From the NCBI RefSeq assembly GCF_036916985.1, contig NZ_JBALFD010000014.1, positions 103,123 to 167,122 of the forward strand: 64,000 nt of DNA. The letters run 5' to 3'. Source of the DNA: Nostoc sp. Its GTDB lineage: Bacteria > Cyanobacteriota > Cyanobacteriia > Cyanobacteriales > Nostocaceae. The translations under genes were made by a program, and so were the position numbers. Positions 8,884-18,084 of the stretch are shown piece after piece. Below the pieces are notes generated by a model that worked only from the letters and a program-made list of their open reading frames with translations, had not been told where the DNA came from and did not search any database. Each line of letters opens with the position of its first letter. Position 1 is the stretch's first letter.

Positions 8884-9030
8884 TAGACATCTCCAGAAAA
8901 GAAAAAAGACCCCTCTCCAAACCTCTCCGCGAAACGGAGAGAGGCTTTAAAACCCCACTTCCCTTGTAGGGAAGGGGGGTTAGGTCTGCGTGCAAATTTG
9001 TGGTCTCTAAATCTTTTCCGGAGATGTCTA
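8884..9030. repeat. two-hairpin repeat core bracketed by inverted repeats tagacatctccagaaaag / cttttccggagatgtcta
   Basis: Inverted termini read directly. The core resembles the 972..1064 family in reverse orientation. Confidence 0.75.
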
Positions 9031-9038
9031 TTACGCAC

Positions 9039-11774
9039 TTATCCCAATTGATTTGAGATCATACTGACATCAACAGCTAACTTTTTGCCCAACTTAAGCA
9101 ACTGAAGACACTGATTATTTCCTTCATTATCAAGGTTAGTAATACAGACTGGCGCTATCTGACTGTGCAAACAACTAAAGTATAGTTCTTGCGATCGCTG
9201 TAGGGAAACATCAATATTTAGTTGATCCCCGACATCAATCAATCGCTCTAACAGTTGGATATCTGCATTAAAACTACCATTGGCATCGTGTAACAATTGC
9301 CAGAGCGATCGCGCGATTAATTGTTCTAACATCTGCTTACCGTCGGGAATATTTAGCCGACAACGCAGATGTTTTGCTTCAGTTGCGATCGCTTCTAATT
9401 CTAAAATGTGACTCCAACTCTTTTGGGGATCAGCGATATCTTGCTCAAGCGATCGCAATGTCATCAGACAGCGATGCCCCAAAGCAATATCGGCTGCTAC
9501 CTGCAATTCTTGGGGTACTGCGATTTCATCTCGGTGAAACGCCATCAGCACACCGTAATTATCACGGTAGGCTTGAGTATATAACTGTCCTAAACGTGTC
9601 AGTGTTTCCTGACTCAGCAGCCGCATAATCCGGTGGCGTTCTTCAGCAAATAGATTTTGCAAGCTGAAAGCTTCTTCCCCAAATAGCTGCGTCATCGCCA
9701 AGATCGTATGAGCCGCACTAGCTTGTTTTAGTGCCCCAAACAGCTTTTCTTTTAATTGGCTATAGTCACGCCGCCCGGTAAATTGTTGAATACCGCAGTG
9801 GAAATCCCAGCCTCCCAAATGCAGCACCGCAAATACCAAATGCTCACTTTCCCAAGTAATCTCTGATACTAGCTTTAAATTTCCCACAGCCAGAGTTAGC
9901 GATCCCATGCGTTGCAGTTGGTAATCCAACTCATTGGCAGCGTAGCAATAAACCTTTTTGTGGTAACGCTGAGACTGTTTGTCAGCAGCATCTTTTCTCG
10001 GTAGGGAATTGTGTGTCTCTGCTGGTTTCTGACTGGTAAATAGGGAAGTAATGGCGTAATGGGCTGCGACTTGCTTAAATCCAAGTTGGGCAGTTAACAC
10101 AAGTTGCCGATAAATTTCTGCACCGTGTTTGAACTGATCCACATTACTAGGAGCTAAACCAAGGCGTTTGACGAAACCTTTTTCTAACTGCACACCTGCC
10201 ACATCCCCTGCCAATTCTAAAGCACGGGCAGCATAGCGGAGAATTTGCGTCCCCTCTGGACGAGAAATTTCTTCAAAAAACCAACCGCAACTCGTGAACA
10301 TTAACAAAGCGTGACGCTGCATTTCTAATAGGCGCAGAGCGTCTACTTGTTCGGCTGCTGTTAGTTTGTGGGTTTGATGACGGGCTAAGAAACGGTTGAC
10401 ATTACTAGCAGAGCGATCGCGCATTACTTGGATATATTCATCTCGTGCTAACCAGGGATCGCGAAATAACTGTCTACCATGTTCTGTATACACTTCAGTT
10501 AGCTGATCCCGCAGCCAATTTAGAGCATCCCGCAAAGGACGACGCCATTTCTGATGCCAAACACCTCCCTCTCCACCACAACCACAATCATCTTCCCATC
10601 TGCCGACACCGTGGGCGCAACTCCAGGCTGTGACTGACTTCAATTCCACTTCCCAACCAGGAGAATTTAAGCTGAGGTAGTGGGCAAAGTTCGTCACCGT
10701 CCAACCATGTTGAGCAAACTCTTTGGTAAAGGCGTAGGCTAAAGTTTTCTCAGTTCCCTTTTTGTGGTGTCCGAAGGTTTCCCCATCTGTCGCTACTGAA
10801 ATTAACTGTGCTGGGCGATGATCCCCACGTACTGCTGAACCGATACGTCCGGTAAAGCGACTCGAATTATAAACGACATCACTAAAACCCATATCCCGCG
10901 ATATCGGGCCATCGTAGAAGAAAATATCAATGTAAGGGGGGGAGTGGGGAGTGGGGAGTGGGGAGTGGTTACTATCTCCATTCCCTTCCTTGATCGCACT
11001 CAGAGGTGAAGATGAAGTGTCTAATGTGGGCTGCAAATAACAACGATAGGGACGAGTAGAATCAATCTGACTACCGCCGACTTCAATCCATTCAGGATGA
11101 GGATGCTCTGGAGTAGGGAGGGGACGGCAACGCAATGCTTGAGATGGTGCAAGGATAATGAAGCGAATACCCTCAGCAACAAGAGCTTCTAGGGTTGCGT
11201 AGTCTACAGCCGTTTCTGCTAACCACATCCCTTCGGGATCGCGGCCAAAGCGGGAGCGGAAGTCTTCTTTACCCCAGCGAATTTGGGTATATTTGTCGCG
11301 CTCATTGGCCAGAGGCATGATGATGTGATTGTATACTTGCGCGATCGCATTGCCATGACCATCCAGGCGATCGCTACTCTTGGCATCTGCCTCTAAAATC
11401 CGCTGATAAACCTCCACATCGTAGCGTTCTAGCCACGACATCAGCGTTGGTCCAATATTAAAACTGAAATATTCGTAATTGTTGACGATCCCCACCACTT
11501 CGCCTTGATCATTTAAGACTCTGGCAAAGGCATTCGGACGATAGCATTCCCAATGAATCCGCTCATTCCAATCATGGAAAGGTGCAGCGCTCGGTTGGCG
11601 TTCAATTGCGTCCAGATAAGGGTTTTCCCTTGGTGGCTGGTAAAAATGACCATGCACCGTCACGTAAACACCATTAGCCTTTCTCAGGGGATCAGTTTCT
11701 TTGGTGTTATTGGGATCTGAATGTAATGTTAACGTTGAGCCAGAGCTAGCTGGCATTTGGGCAGCAGAAGTCAT
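9039..11774 (-). CDS. glycoside hydrolase family 57 protein with long C-terminal (DUF3536-like) extension
   Basis: The N-terminal 'VHGHFYQPPRENP...FHDWNERI' is the GH57 hallmark. The uninterrupted ORF is 911 aa. Confidence 0.85.
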   Translation of the reverse strand: MTSAAQMPASSGSTLTLHSDPNNTKETDPLRKANGVYVTVHGHFYQPPRENPYLDAIERQPSAAPFHDWNERIHWECYRPNAFARVLNDQGEVVGIVNNYEYFSFNIGPTLMSWLERYDVEVYQRILEADAKSSDRLDGHGNAIAQVYNHIIMPLANERDKYTQIRWGKEDFRSRFGRDPEGMWLAETAVDYATLEALVAEGIRFIILAPSQALRCRPLPTPEHPHPEWIEVGGSQIDSTRPYRCYLQPTLDTSSSPLSAIKEGNGDSNHSPLPTPHSPPYIDIFFYDGPISRDMGFSDVVYNSSRFTGRIGSAVRGDHRPAQLISVATDGETFGHHKKGTEKTLAYAFTKEFAQHGWTVTNFAHYLSLNSPGWEVELKSVTAWSCAHGVGRWEDDCGCGGEGGVWHQKWRRPLRDALNWLRDQLTEVYTEHGRQLFRDPWLARDEYIQVMRDRSASNVNRFLARHQTHKLTAAEQVDALRLLEMQRHALLMFTSCGWFFEEISRPEGTQILRYAARALELAGDVAGVQLEKGFVKRLGLAPSNVDQFKHGAEIYRQLVLTAQLGFKQVAAHYAITSLFTSQKPAETHNSLPRKDAADKQSQRYHKKVYCYAANELDYQLQRMGSLTLAVGNLKLVSEITWESEHLVFAVLHLGGWDFHCGIQQFTGRRDYSQLKEKLFGALKQASAAHTILAMTQLFGEEAFSLQNLFAEERHRIMRLLSQETLTRLGQLYTQAYRDNYGVLMAFHRDEIAVPQELQVAADIALGHRCLMTLRSLEQDIADPQKSWSHILELEAIATEAKHLRCRLNIPDGKQMLEQLIARSLWQLLHDANGSFNADIQLLERLIDVGDQLNIDVSLQRSQELYFSCLHSQIAPVCITNLDNEGNNQCLQLLKLGKKLAVDVSMISNQLG
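10936..10968. repeat. heptamer array (ggggagt)n inside the GH57 coding region
   Basis: gggggggagtggggagtggggagtggggagtgg read directly. It encodes 'HSPLPTPHSP' on the minus strand. Confidence 0.9.
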
Positions 11775-12193
11775 GTATATTCATCCAAAACAAAAAATTT
11801 GCAGTTGCACCGAAAATATTGTGCGTAAACCTTTCTCCAATAGTTTGAACACAAAATCCGGTATAAACAACAACTATGGAATCTAACTAAATTTTTGACA
11901 AAGCGGTTTCATTGTAGTGGGAAATCTGCGTTATCGCACAGCCCTTTCCCTGAAGGCTCAAAATCATTAGCCATTGAATAAAGCCTCAGTTAGGGGTTTT
12001 CTTTTCTTGGGTGCTAATCAAAATTTTAATTGTCTTTTAATATATTAAACCTTATTGCTGGTGTAATATCTTGGCTTAAATTCATACTTTTGCAACAAAA
12101 GATGACAAAAACTCCTTAAATCGCAATCTTATTTTACACAATATCCGCAGTGGCGAACGGAAAACAGTACAATCTCTGAATTGGTCTAGAGGC

Positions 12194-12376
12194 GGTTGAG
12201 AGTATCCTATGGGAGTAGTAAGTGCTGAGTGCTGAGTAGTGAGTGCTGAGTAGGGAGTAGGAAAGCAAAGAGATGCTCCCGATGGACAAGAATAATAACT
12301 TTTAACTCCTAACTCCTAACTCAGCACTCAGCACTCAGTACTCATAACTCAGCACTCCGATAAGATACCCTCAACC
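12194..12376. repeat. about 180-bp imperfect inverted repeat built from STRR heptamers (gctgagt / actcagc)
   Basis: The left arm ggttgagagtatcctat...gtgctgagtgctgagt... is mirrored by ...actcagcactcagc...ataagataccctcaacc. It ends 12 nt before the cax ATG. Confidence 0.85.
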
Positions 12377-12387
12377 CAAAACAAGAA

Positions 12388-13479
12388 ATGTCAACCAAAA
12401 ACATTATTCTTTTCGCTTTACTACTGTTCATCCCGGTTTCTGTCGCAGCCCACTTTCTGGAGTGGGGAGAATTGATAGTTTTCATTACAGCTGGATTAGC
12501 AATTTTGCCCTTAGCAGCTTGGATGGGTACAGCCACAGAAGAAATTGCTGTCGTAGTCGGGCCATCATTGGGGGGCTTGTTAAATGCCACTTTTGGGAAT
12601 GCTACAGAACTAATCATCGCCCTAGTGGCATTGAACGCTGGGTTAATCGATGTAGTCAAAGCCAGTATCACGGGATCGATTATTAGCAACTTACTACTGG
12701 TGATGGGTTTTTCCATGCTTTTGGGAGGACTGCGCTATAAAGAACAGACGTTTCAGCCAATTGTGGCGCGGGTAAATGCTGCTTCGATGAATTTGGCGGT
12801 GATTGCCATTTTGATGCCAACGGCGATGAATTACACTTCTCAAGGAATTAACGAAGAAACACTGCAAAATCTTTCTATTGCTGTTGCTGTAGTATTAATC
12901 CTGGTTTACGCCCTAACGCTGCTATTTTCGATGAAAACCCACTCTTATTTATATGATGTGGGTGTAGCGGAGACAGAAGAAGAGGAAACACCACACGCGA
13001 AACCAAATATGATGTTGTGGATTGGCGTGTTGCTAGTATGTACCTTGCTAGTGGCAATTGAGTCAGAAATGCTAGTAGATTCTCTGGAAGTGGCTACATC
13101 TCAGCTAGGTTTGACGGCGCTGTTTACAGGGGTGATATTGGTTCCCATCGTCGGTAACGCGGCTGAACACGCCACAGCAGTCACCGTGGCGATGAAAGAT
13201 AAGATGGATCTTTCCCTTTCGGTAGCTGTGGGATCAAGTATGCAGATTGCCCTATTTGTCGCACCCGTGTTAGTTATAGCAGGGCGGATATTAGGTCAAC
13301 CAATGGATTTGGATTTCAAACCCTTTGAATTAGTAGCTGTGGTTGTGTCAGTGTTGATTGCCAACAGTATTAGTTCTGATGGTAAGTCCAATTGGCTAGA
13401 AGGCACTTTGTTATTAGCTGCCTATACAGTATTGGGGTTTGCTTTCTACTTCCATCCAGTTATAGAAAGTATAGGGTAG
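12388..13479 (+). CDS. cax: Ca2+/H+ antiporter (CaCA/CAX family)
   Basis: Polytopic membrane protein with the two alpha-repeat signatures 'GNATELIIAL' and 'GNAAEHATAV'. Confidence 0.9.
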   Translation: MSTKNIILFALLLFIPVSVAAHFLEWGELIVFITAGLAILPLAAWMGTATEEIAVVVGPSLGGLLNATFGNATELIIALVALNAGLIDVVKASITGSIISNLLLVMGFSMLLGGLRYKEQTFQPIVARVNAASMNLAVIAILMPTAMNYTSQGINEETLQNLSIAVAVVLILVYALTLLFSMKTHSYLYDVGVAETEEEETPHAKPNMMLWIGVLLVCTLLVAIESEMLVDSLEVATSQLGLTALFTGVILVPIVGNAAEHATAVTVAMKDKMDLSLSVAVGSSMQIALFVAPVLVIAGRILGQPMDLDFKPFELVAVVVSVLIANSISSDGKSNWLEGTLLLAAYTVLGFAFYFHPVIESIG

Positions 13480-13580
13480 TTAACAGTGCGTAGGCGTAGC
13501 CTGTCGTAGACATCGCGAGTCAATTTTAGATTTTAGATTCTTTTGGTTCTAAGCCTCTTTTTCAACCCTTCTGGGTGACA

Positions 13581-13614
13581 CAAATCCAAAATCCAAAATC
13601 CAAAATTTAAAATC
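13581..13614. repeat. STRR heptamer array (aaatcca)n
   Basis: caaatccaaaatccaaaatccaaaatttaaaatc read directly. Confidence 0.9.
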
Positions 13615-13677
13615 TGTTAATTACCCCCTTTTGCCTGGGACAGTGGAAAATAAAGAGATATAAGAGCGATCGCCTGT

Positions 13678-14817
13678 ATGAGCTACTGCCTTAATCCCCA
13701 TTGTCCCAAGCCTGAAAATCCCGATCATGTCAATTTTTGTGTGACTTGCGGTTCTAAGTTACTCCTCAAAGAACGTTACCGTGCTATCAAACCAATCGGA
13801 CAAGGTGGTTTTGGCAAAACTTTCTTAGCTGTGGATGAAGATAAACCCTCCAAACCACGCTGCGTAATTAAGCAATTTTATCCCCAATCCCAAGGCACGA
13901 ACACTCTTGCAAAAGCTGTAGAGTTATTTAATCAAGAAGCGGTGCAGTTAGATGAATTGGGCAAACATCCCCAAATTCCTGAACTACTGGCATATTTTAC
14001 CCAAGAAGCCCGACAGTATCTTGTACAAGAATTTATTGATGGGCAAAACTTAGCCCAGGAATTAGCACATAAAGGGGCTTTTAGTGAAACGCAAATCTGG
14101 CAACTATTAAATGATTTATTGTCAGTTTTGCAATTTTGTCACGCCAGACACGTAATTCACCGTGATATTAAGCCAGAAAATATTATTTTACGTAGCAGTG
14201 ATAGCAAACTAGTATTGGTAGATTTTGGTGCGGCTAAATCTGCCACTGGTACTGCTTTAAATAGAACGGGTACTAGTATTGGTAGTCCAGAATATGTTGC
14301 ACCTGAACAGATGAGAGGTAGGGCTGTTTTCGCTAGCGATATTTACAGTTTGGGTGCTACTTGTGTGAATTTATTAACCCAGCGATCGCCTTTCGATTCT
14401 TATGATACTCAAAACGATACATGGGTTTGGCAGCAATACTTGCAAACTCCGATTAGTAATCCGTTGAGTCGTATTCTGAACAAGATGCTAGAAAGTATTC
14501 CAGTTCGGCGTTATCAAACAGTCGATGAAGTTCTCAAAAACTTAAATCAATACTCACAAGTTGCAGCCATACCAGCGATTGCGGCAAAGCCTATCCCTCA
14601 ACCGCCACCCAATTCTCCACCCGCTTTTTTATCGAAATCTCCTAGTCAACTTGAGAAGGAATTAGAAGAAATGAAAACCCAATTTATGGGTAGCAGTAAA
14701 CCTCAAGCAAATAAAGTACAGCCACCAAAGCCCACATCTCAGCCTCCTAGTACAAATAAAATAGATCAAGAATTAGAAGAATTAAAAGCTAAATTTCTTG
14801 GTAATAACAACCCCTAA
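13678..14817 (+). CDS. Ser/Thr protein kinase with N-terminal 4-Cys zinc-ribbon prefix
   Basis: 'CLNPHCPKPENPDHVNFCVTCG', then 'GQGGFGKTF', 'HRDIKPEN', 'DFG' and 'SPEYVAPE'. Confidence 0.9.
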   Translation: MSYCLNPHCPKPENPDHVNFCVTCGSKLLLKERYRAIKPIGQGGFGKTFLAVDEDKPSKPRCVIKQFYPQSQGTNTLAKAVELFNQEAVQLDELGKHPQIPELLAYFTQEARQYLVQEFIDGQNLAQELAHKGAFSETQIWQLLNDLLSVLQFCHARHVIHRDIKPENIILRSSDSKLVLVDFGAAKSATGTALNRTGTSIGSPEYVAPEQMRGRAVFASDIYSLGATCVNLLTQRSPFDSYDTQNDTWVWQQYLQTPISNPLSRILNKMLESIPVRRYQTVDEVLKNLNQYSQVAAIPAIAAKPIPQPPPNSPPAFLSKSPSQLEKELEEMKTQFMGSSKPQANKVQPPKPTSQPPSTNKIDQELEELKAKFLGNNNP

Positions 14818-15090
14818 AATACACTATGACTTATCTCCTAAACCTTATTTATGTTAAAACTTAGAGTTTTTTAAAAGATATATTTATGTAGGTTGGGTGG
14901 AGTGAAACGCAACCCAACATTACCACCAAATTTTATGTTGGGTTACGCTATTGCTGCACCCAACCTCCAAAACTACGGTTCTCAAGGTAGACGAGGTTTA
15001 ACAGACTATGGTGTATATACATCTCCGTGTAAAACAAAAATCGTTATAGTAAGTTCTAATATAGGTAATTTTTTTAAATGCTAAAAAAAT

Positions 15091-15987
15091 ATGAAGATTT
15101 ATAAACTTTTAATTATCTTGGTAGGAGCGATCGCACTCCTTACCAGCGCTGGTTATTATTATGTATTCATCTTAGGCGCGCCCCAACTAGACCCACCCCA
15201 AGAAGAGGCCAATACTGGGCTAAAGTTTCAATTAACTAGCTTCAACTCCCAAGCGATGGGTGCAATCCGTAATTACGGCGTGATTTTGCCCCCTGGTTAT
15301 AGCAAAAATCCGCAAAAGCGATACCCTGTAATCTTCTTGCTACACGGTGGTCATGATGATGCCCGTGCTTATGTTGATAAATATGCACTCTTAGACGTAC
15401 TGCATGAACTTTATCAAAGTCAAAAATTACCACCATCGATTGTGATTACACCCGATGGTAATGATAATCGCGGTTCCAGTCCTTTATATGACCCCGATTA
15501 CTTTGATGGGGCAAATGGTAAAGTGGGAACTTTAATTGGGTCAGAATTAGTGCAAGTTGTCAAGTCGCGCTACCGCACTTTAGAAAAACCCCAGTCTTGG
15601 GCGCTGGGAGGTTTGTCTTCTGGAGGATGGGGGGCTTTTAATATTGGGTTACGGCATCTTAACAACTTCCAGATATTGTTTAGCCATAGCGGTTATTTTA
15701 CCGATAACAGTGGTTCACAAAATAGTCCCCAACAAATTGTGCAGCAGCTATCACCCCAAGATCGGAAGCAATTGCGTGTTTACCTGGATGCGGGTATGAA
15801 CGATAGTAATTTACTAGCTTCTACCAAAGCTTTTAACGAAACCTTGAATCAGTTAGGCATTGCTCACGTATTTTATGCGTTTCCTGGAGGTCATGGTTTG
15901 TCTGGTGCAGATATCGGCTGGAACTACTTTCACAAACATCTTAAAGATTCGCTATCGTATGTAGGTGAACAGTTTAAAAAAAGTTAG
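15091..15987 (+). CDS. putative esterase (alpha/beta hydrolase, esterase-D/enterochelin-esterase-like)
   Basis: N-terminal TM helix, 'YPVIFLLHGG', and the nucleophile elbow 'GLSSGG'. Confidence 0.75.
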   Translation: MKIYKLLIILVGAIALLTSAGYYYVFILGAPQLDPPQEEANTGLKFQLTSFNSQAMGAIRNYGVILPPGYSKNPQKRYPVIFLLHGGHDDARAYVDKYALLDVLHELYQSQKLPPSIVITPDGNDNRGSSPLYDPDYFDGANGKVGTLIGSELVQVVKSRYRTLEKPQSWALGGLSSGGWGAFNIGLRHLNNFQILFSHSGYFTDNSGSQNSPQQIVQQLSPQDRKQLRVYLDAGMNDSNLLASTKAFNETLNQLGIAHVFYAFPGGHGLSGADIGWNYFHKHLKDSLSYVGEQFKKS

Positions 15988-16094
15988 GAGTTAGGAGTTA
16001 GGAGTTAAGAGTTTTAACGCCAAAACAAATGACCAATGACCAATGACCAATGACCAATGACCAATGACCAATGACTAATGACTAATGACCAATA
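15983..16094. repeat. two adjacent STRR arrays, (aggagtt)x3-4 then (atgacca/atgacta)x9
   Basis: Counted directly. ATGs occur every 7 nt from 16029 to 16085, and the last unit supplies the start codon of the next gene. Confidence 0.95.
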
Positions 16095-17755
16095 ATTTAA
16101 AAACTCAGATTGGACTTTGGAGTGCGGCATTCCTTACAGGTTTAGTCGGAGTAGTAAATTTGTTATCAGCAGTGACACCTAATCTGTATGGTAGAAATCA
16201 CTGGTTGAAGGAATTTTTGCCATTTGATATCCGGGCCAGTGGTCATGTATTTACAGCCCTAACTGGGTTTATTTTACTAACACTTGCTACTAACTTATTA
16301 CGCCGAAAAAAAATAGCCTGGTTGCTTACCATTGGTTTACTAGTAATTTCCATTTTCAGCCATTTGCTGAAGGGATTGGACTATGAAGAAAGTCTACTCT
16401 CTGGAGTTTTACTGGGACAATTAATCTTGATGCGTCATTATTTCACGGCGCAGTCAGACCGTCCTTCTATCGCACGGGGAGTCAGAGTACTTATAGGCGC
16501 TTTATTATTTACTCTGGCATATGGAACTATTGGATTTTATTTGTTAGACGGCAAATTTTCCGAGAATTTTAATTGGCGTGAAGCGATAATTCAGACTTTG
16601 GCGATGTTCTTCACTGCGGATAATTGGGGACTGCAACCAAAGAGTCGATTTGGAGAATTTTTTGCTAACTCCATTTATATTATTGCAGGAGTTACTATTG
16701 CTTATGCAATGCTAATGTTATTGCAACCTGTGTTTTGGGGGAATCTAGCAACTACAAATGAGCGAAAAAGAGCTAAAGAAATTGTTGAGCAATATGGATG
16801 TTCTTCTTTAGCAGCGATCGCACTCTTAAATGATAAGAGTTATTATTTCAGTCCTTCTGGTAACAGTGTAATTGCTTATGTTCCCAAGGGACGGGGTGCG
16901 ATCGCTTTAGGAGATCCCATTGGCCCTGTTGAAGACCGCAAAGAGACAATTGTTGCTTTCCGAGAGTTTTGCCAGCGTAATGACTGGTATCCTGGCTTTT
17001 ATCAAACTTTGCCCGATGATATTGAGCTTTACCAGTCATTGGGGTTTAGAGTACTCAAGATTGGAGAAGAAGCGATCGTTGATCTGAAAAGTTTTACGTT
17101 ACAAGGTAAAGCCGGCAAAAACTTTAGACCATCAATCAGTCGTTTAACTAAACTAGGATACAGAATCGACTTTTACCAACCACCTATCGCCAATGATTTA
17201 TTGCACCTCCTCAAACCTGTCAGTGATGAATGGCTAAAGATGGTACAAGGTTCGGAAAAACAATTTTCTTTGGGTTGGTTTGATGAAGCCTACCTGCGAG
17301 AGTGCGAGATTGCTGTAGTGCATAATCCTGAAGGTCAGATCAGCGCCTTTGCGAACATTCTCCGGGAGTACCAACTCAACGAAGCCACTATTGACATGAT
17401 GCGACATCGCTCATCTCTTGAAAATGGCACAATGGACTTTTTATTTATTTCCCTACTCCAACATTTTAAAGAGGGTGGCTACGACAGCTTTAATTTTGGT
17501 CTTTCTGCCCTTGCGGGAGTTGGAGACAACCCAGAATCACGCCGCTTAGAAAAAGTATTGCACTATCTTTATGGGCACTTGAATCGCTTCTACAACTTCA
17601 AGGGATTGCACGCTTACAAAGAGAAGTTCCGCCCCCGTTGGGAACCGCGTTATTTGGTTTACCCCAGTTTAACCGCCTTACCGGATGTAGTTGTGGCATT
17701 GATTCGCGCAGATTCAGGCGATCGCCTCTTCGATTATTTCAAACCCGGAGCATGA
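16085..17755 (+). CDS. MprF-like phosphatidylglycerol lysyltransferase-domain (DUF2156) membrane protein
   Basis: Six to seven N-terminal TM helices followed by a soluble domain ('SVIAYVPKGRGAIALGDPIGP...') resembling the MprF C-terminal synthase domain. Confidence 0.7.
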   Translation: MTNNLKTQIGLWSAAFLTGLVGVVNLLSAVTPNLYGRNHWLKEFLPFDIRASGHVFTALTGFILLTLATNLLRRKKIAWLLTIGLLVISIFSHLLKGLDYEESLLSGVLLGQLILMRHYFTAQSDRPSIARGVRVLIGALLFTLAYGTIGFYLLDGKFSENFNWREAIIQTLAMFFTADNWGLQPKSRFGEFFANSIYIIAGVTIAYAMLMLLQPVFWGNLATTNERKRAKEIVEQYGCSSLAAIALLNDKSYYFSPSGNSVIAYVPKGRGAIALGDPIGPVEDRKETIVAFREFCQRNDWYPGFYQTLPDDIELYQSLGFRVLKIGEEAIVDLKSFTLQGKAGKNFRPSISRLTKLGYRIDFYQPPIANDLLHLLKPVSDEWLKMVQGSEKQFSLGWFDEAYLRECEIAVVHNPEGQISAFANILREYQLNEATIDMMRHRSSLENGTMDFLFISLLQHFKEGGYDSFNFGLSALAGVGDNPESRRLEKVLHYLYGHLNRFYNFKGLHAYKEKFRPRWEPRYLVYPSLTALPDVVVALIRADSGDRLFDYFKPGA

Positions 17756-18006
17756 ACTACTCATACTGCTACGAGCTACATCTACACAACTTGGCATTTT
17801 TGTGATACAATTGTACTATAAAAGTATGAATGTCCGGTGAGTATGCAGCGCGAAATTTACCAGACATGCCCAAAACTTGTAGTAAATGAACGCCCATAGT
17901 AGCTAGTAGTCTGTCCCATTAATTTTGTTGGGCTGCTAGATCCCCGACTTCTTCAAGAAGTCGGGGATCTGAACACCACTAACCTCTCAAAACTTTTGGG
18001 AGGTTA

Positions 18007-18033
18007 GAGAGACGCGATAAATCGCCGTCTCTA
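18007..18033. repeat. short hairpin repeat gagacgcgataaatcgccgtctc
   Basis: The same 23-mer occurs at 50476..50498 and 53001..53023. Variants are at 63141..63208, 19596..19620 and inside smc at 27529..27554. Confidence 0.85.
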
Positions 18034-18084
18034 CAGGGAATTGAATTTTGAATTGTTAATGACCTTTATGTAGAAGGTAGCAAT

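Noticed and set aside
12342-12716. 124-aa minus-strand ORF overlapping the start of the antiporter gene
   Set aside because: It is antisense to a membrane protein with clear CaCA signatures, and its 5' part is STRR repeat.
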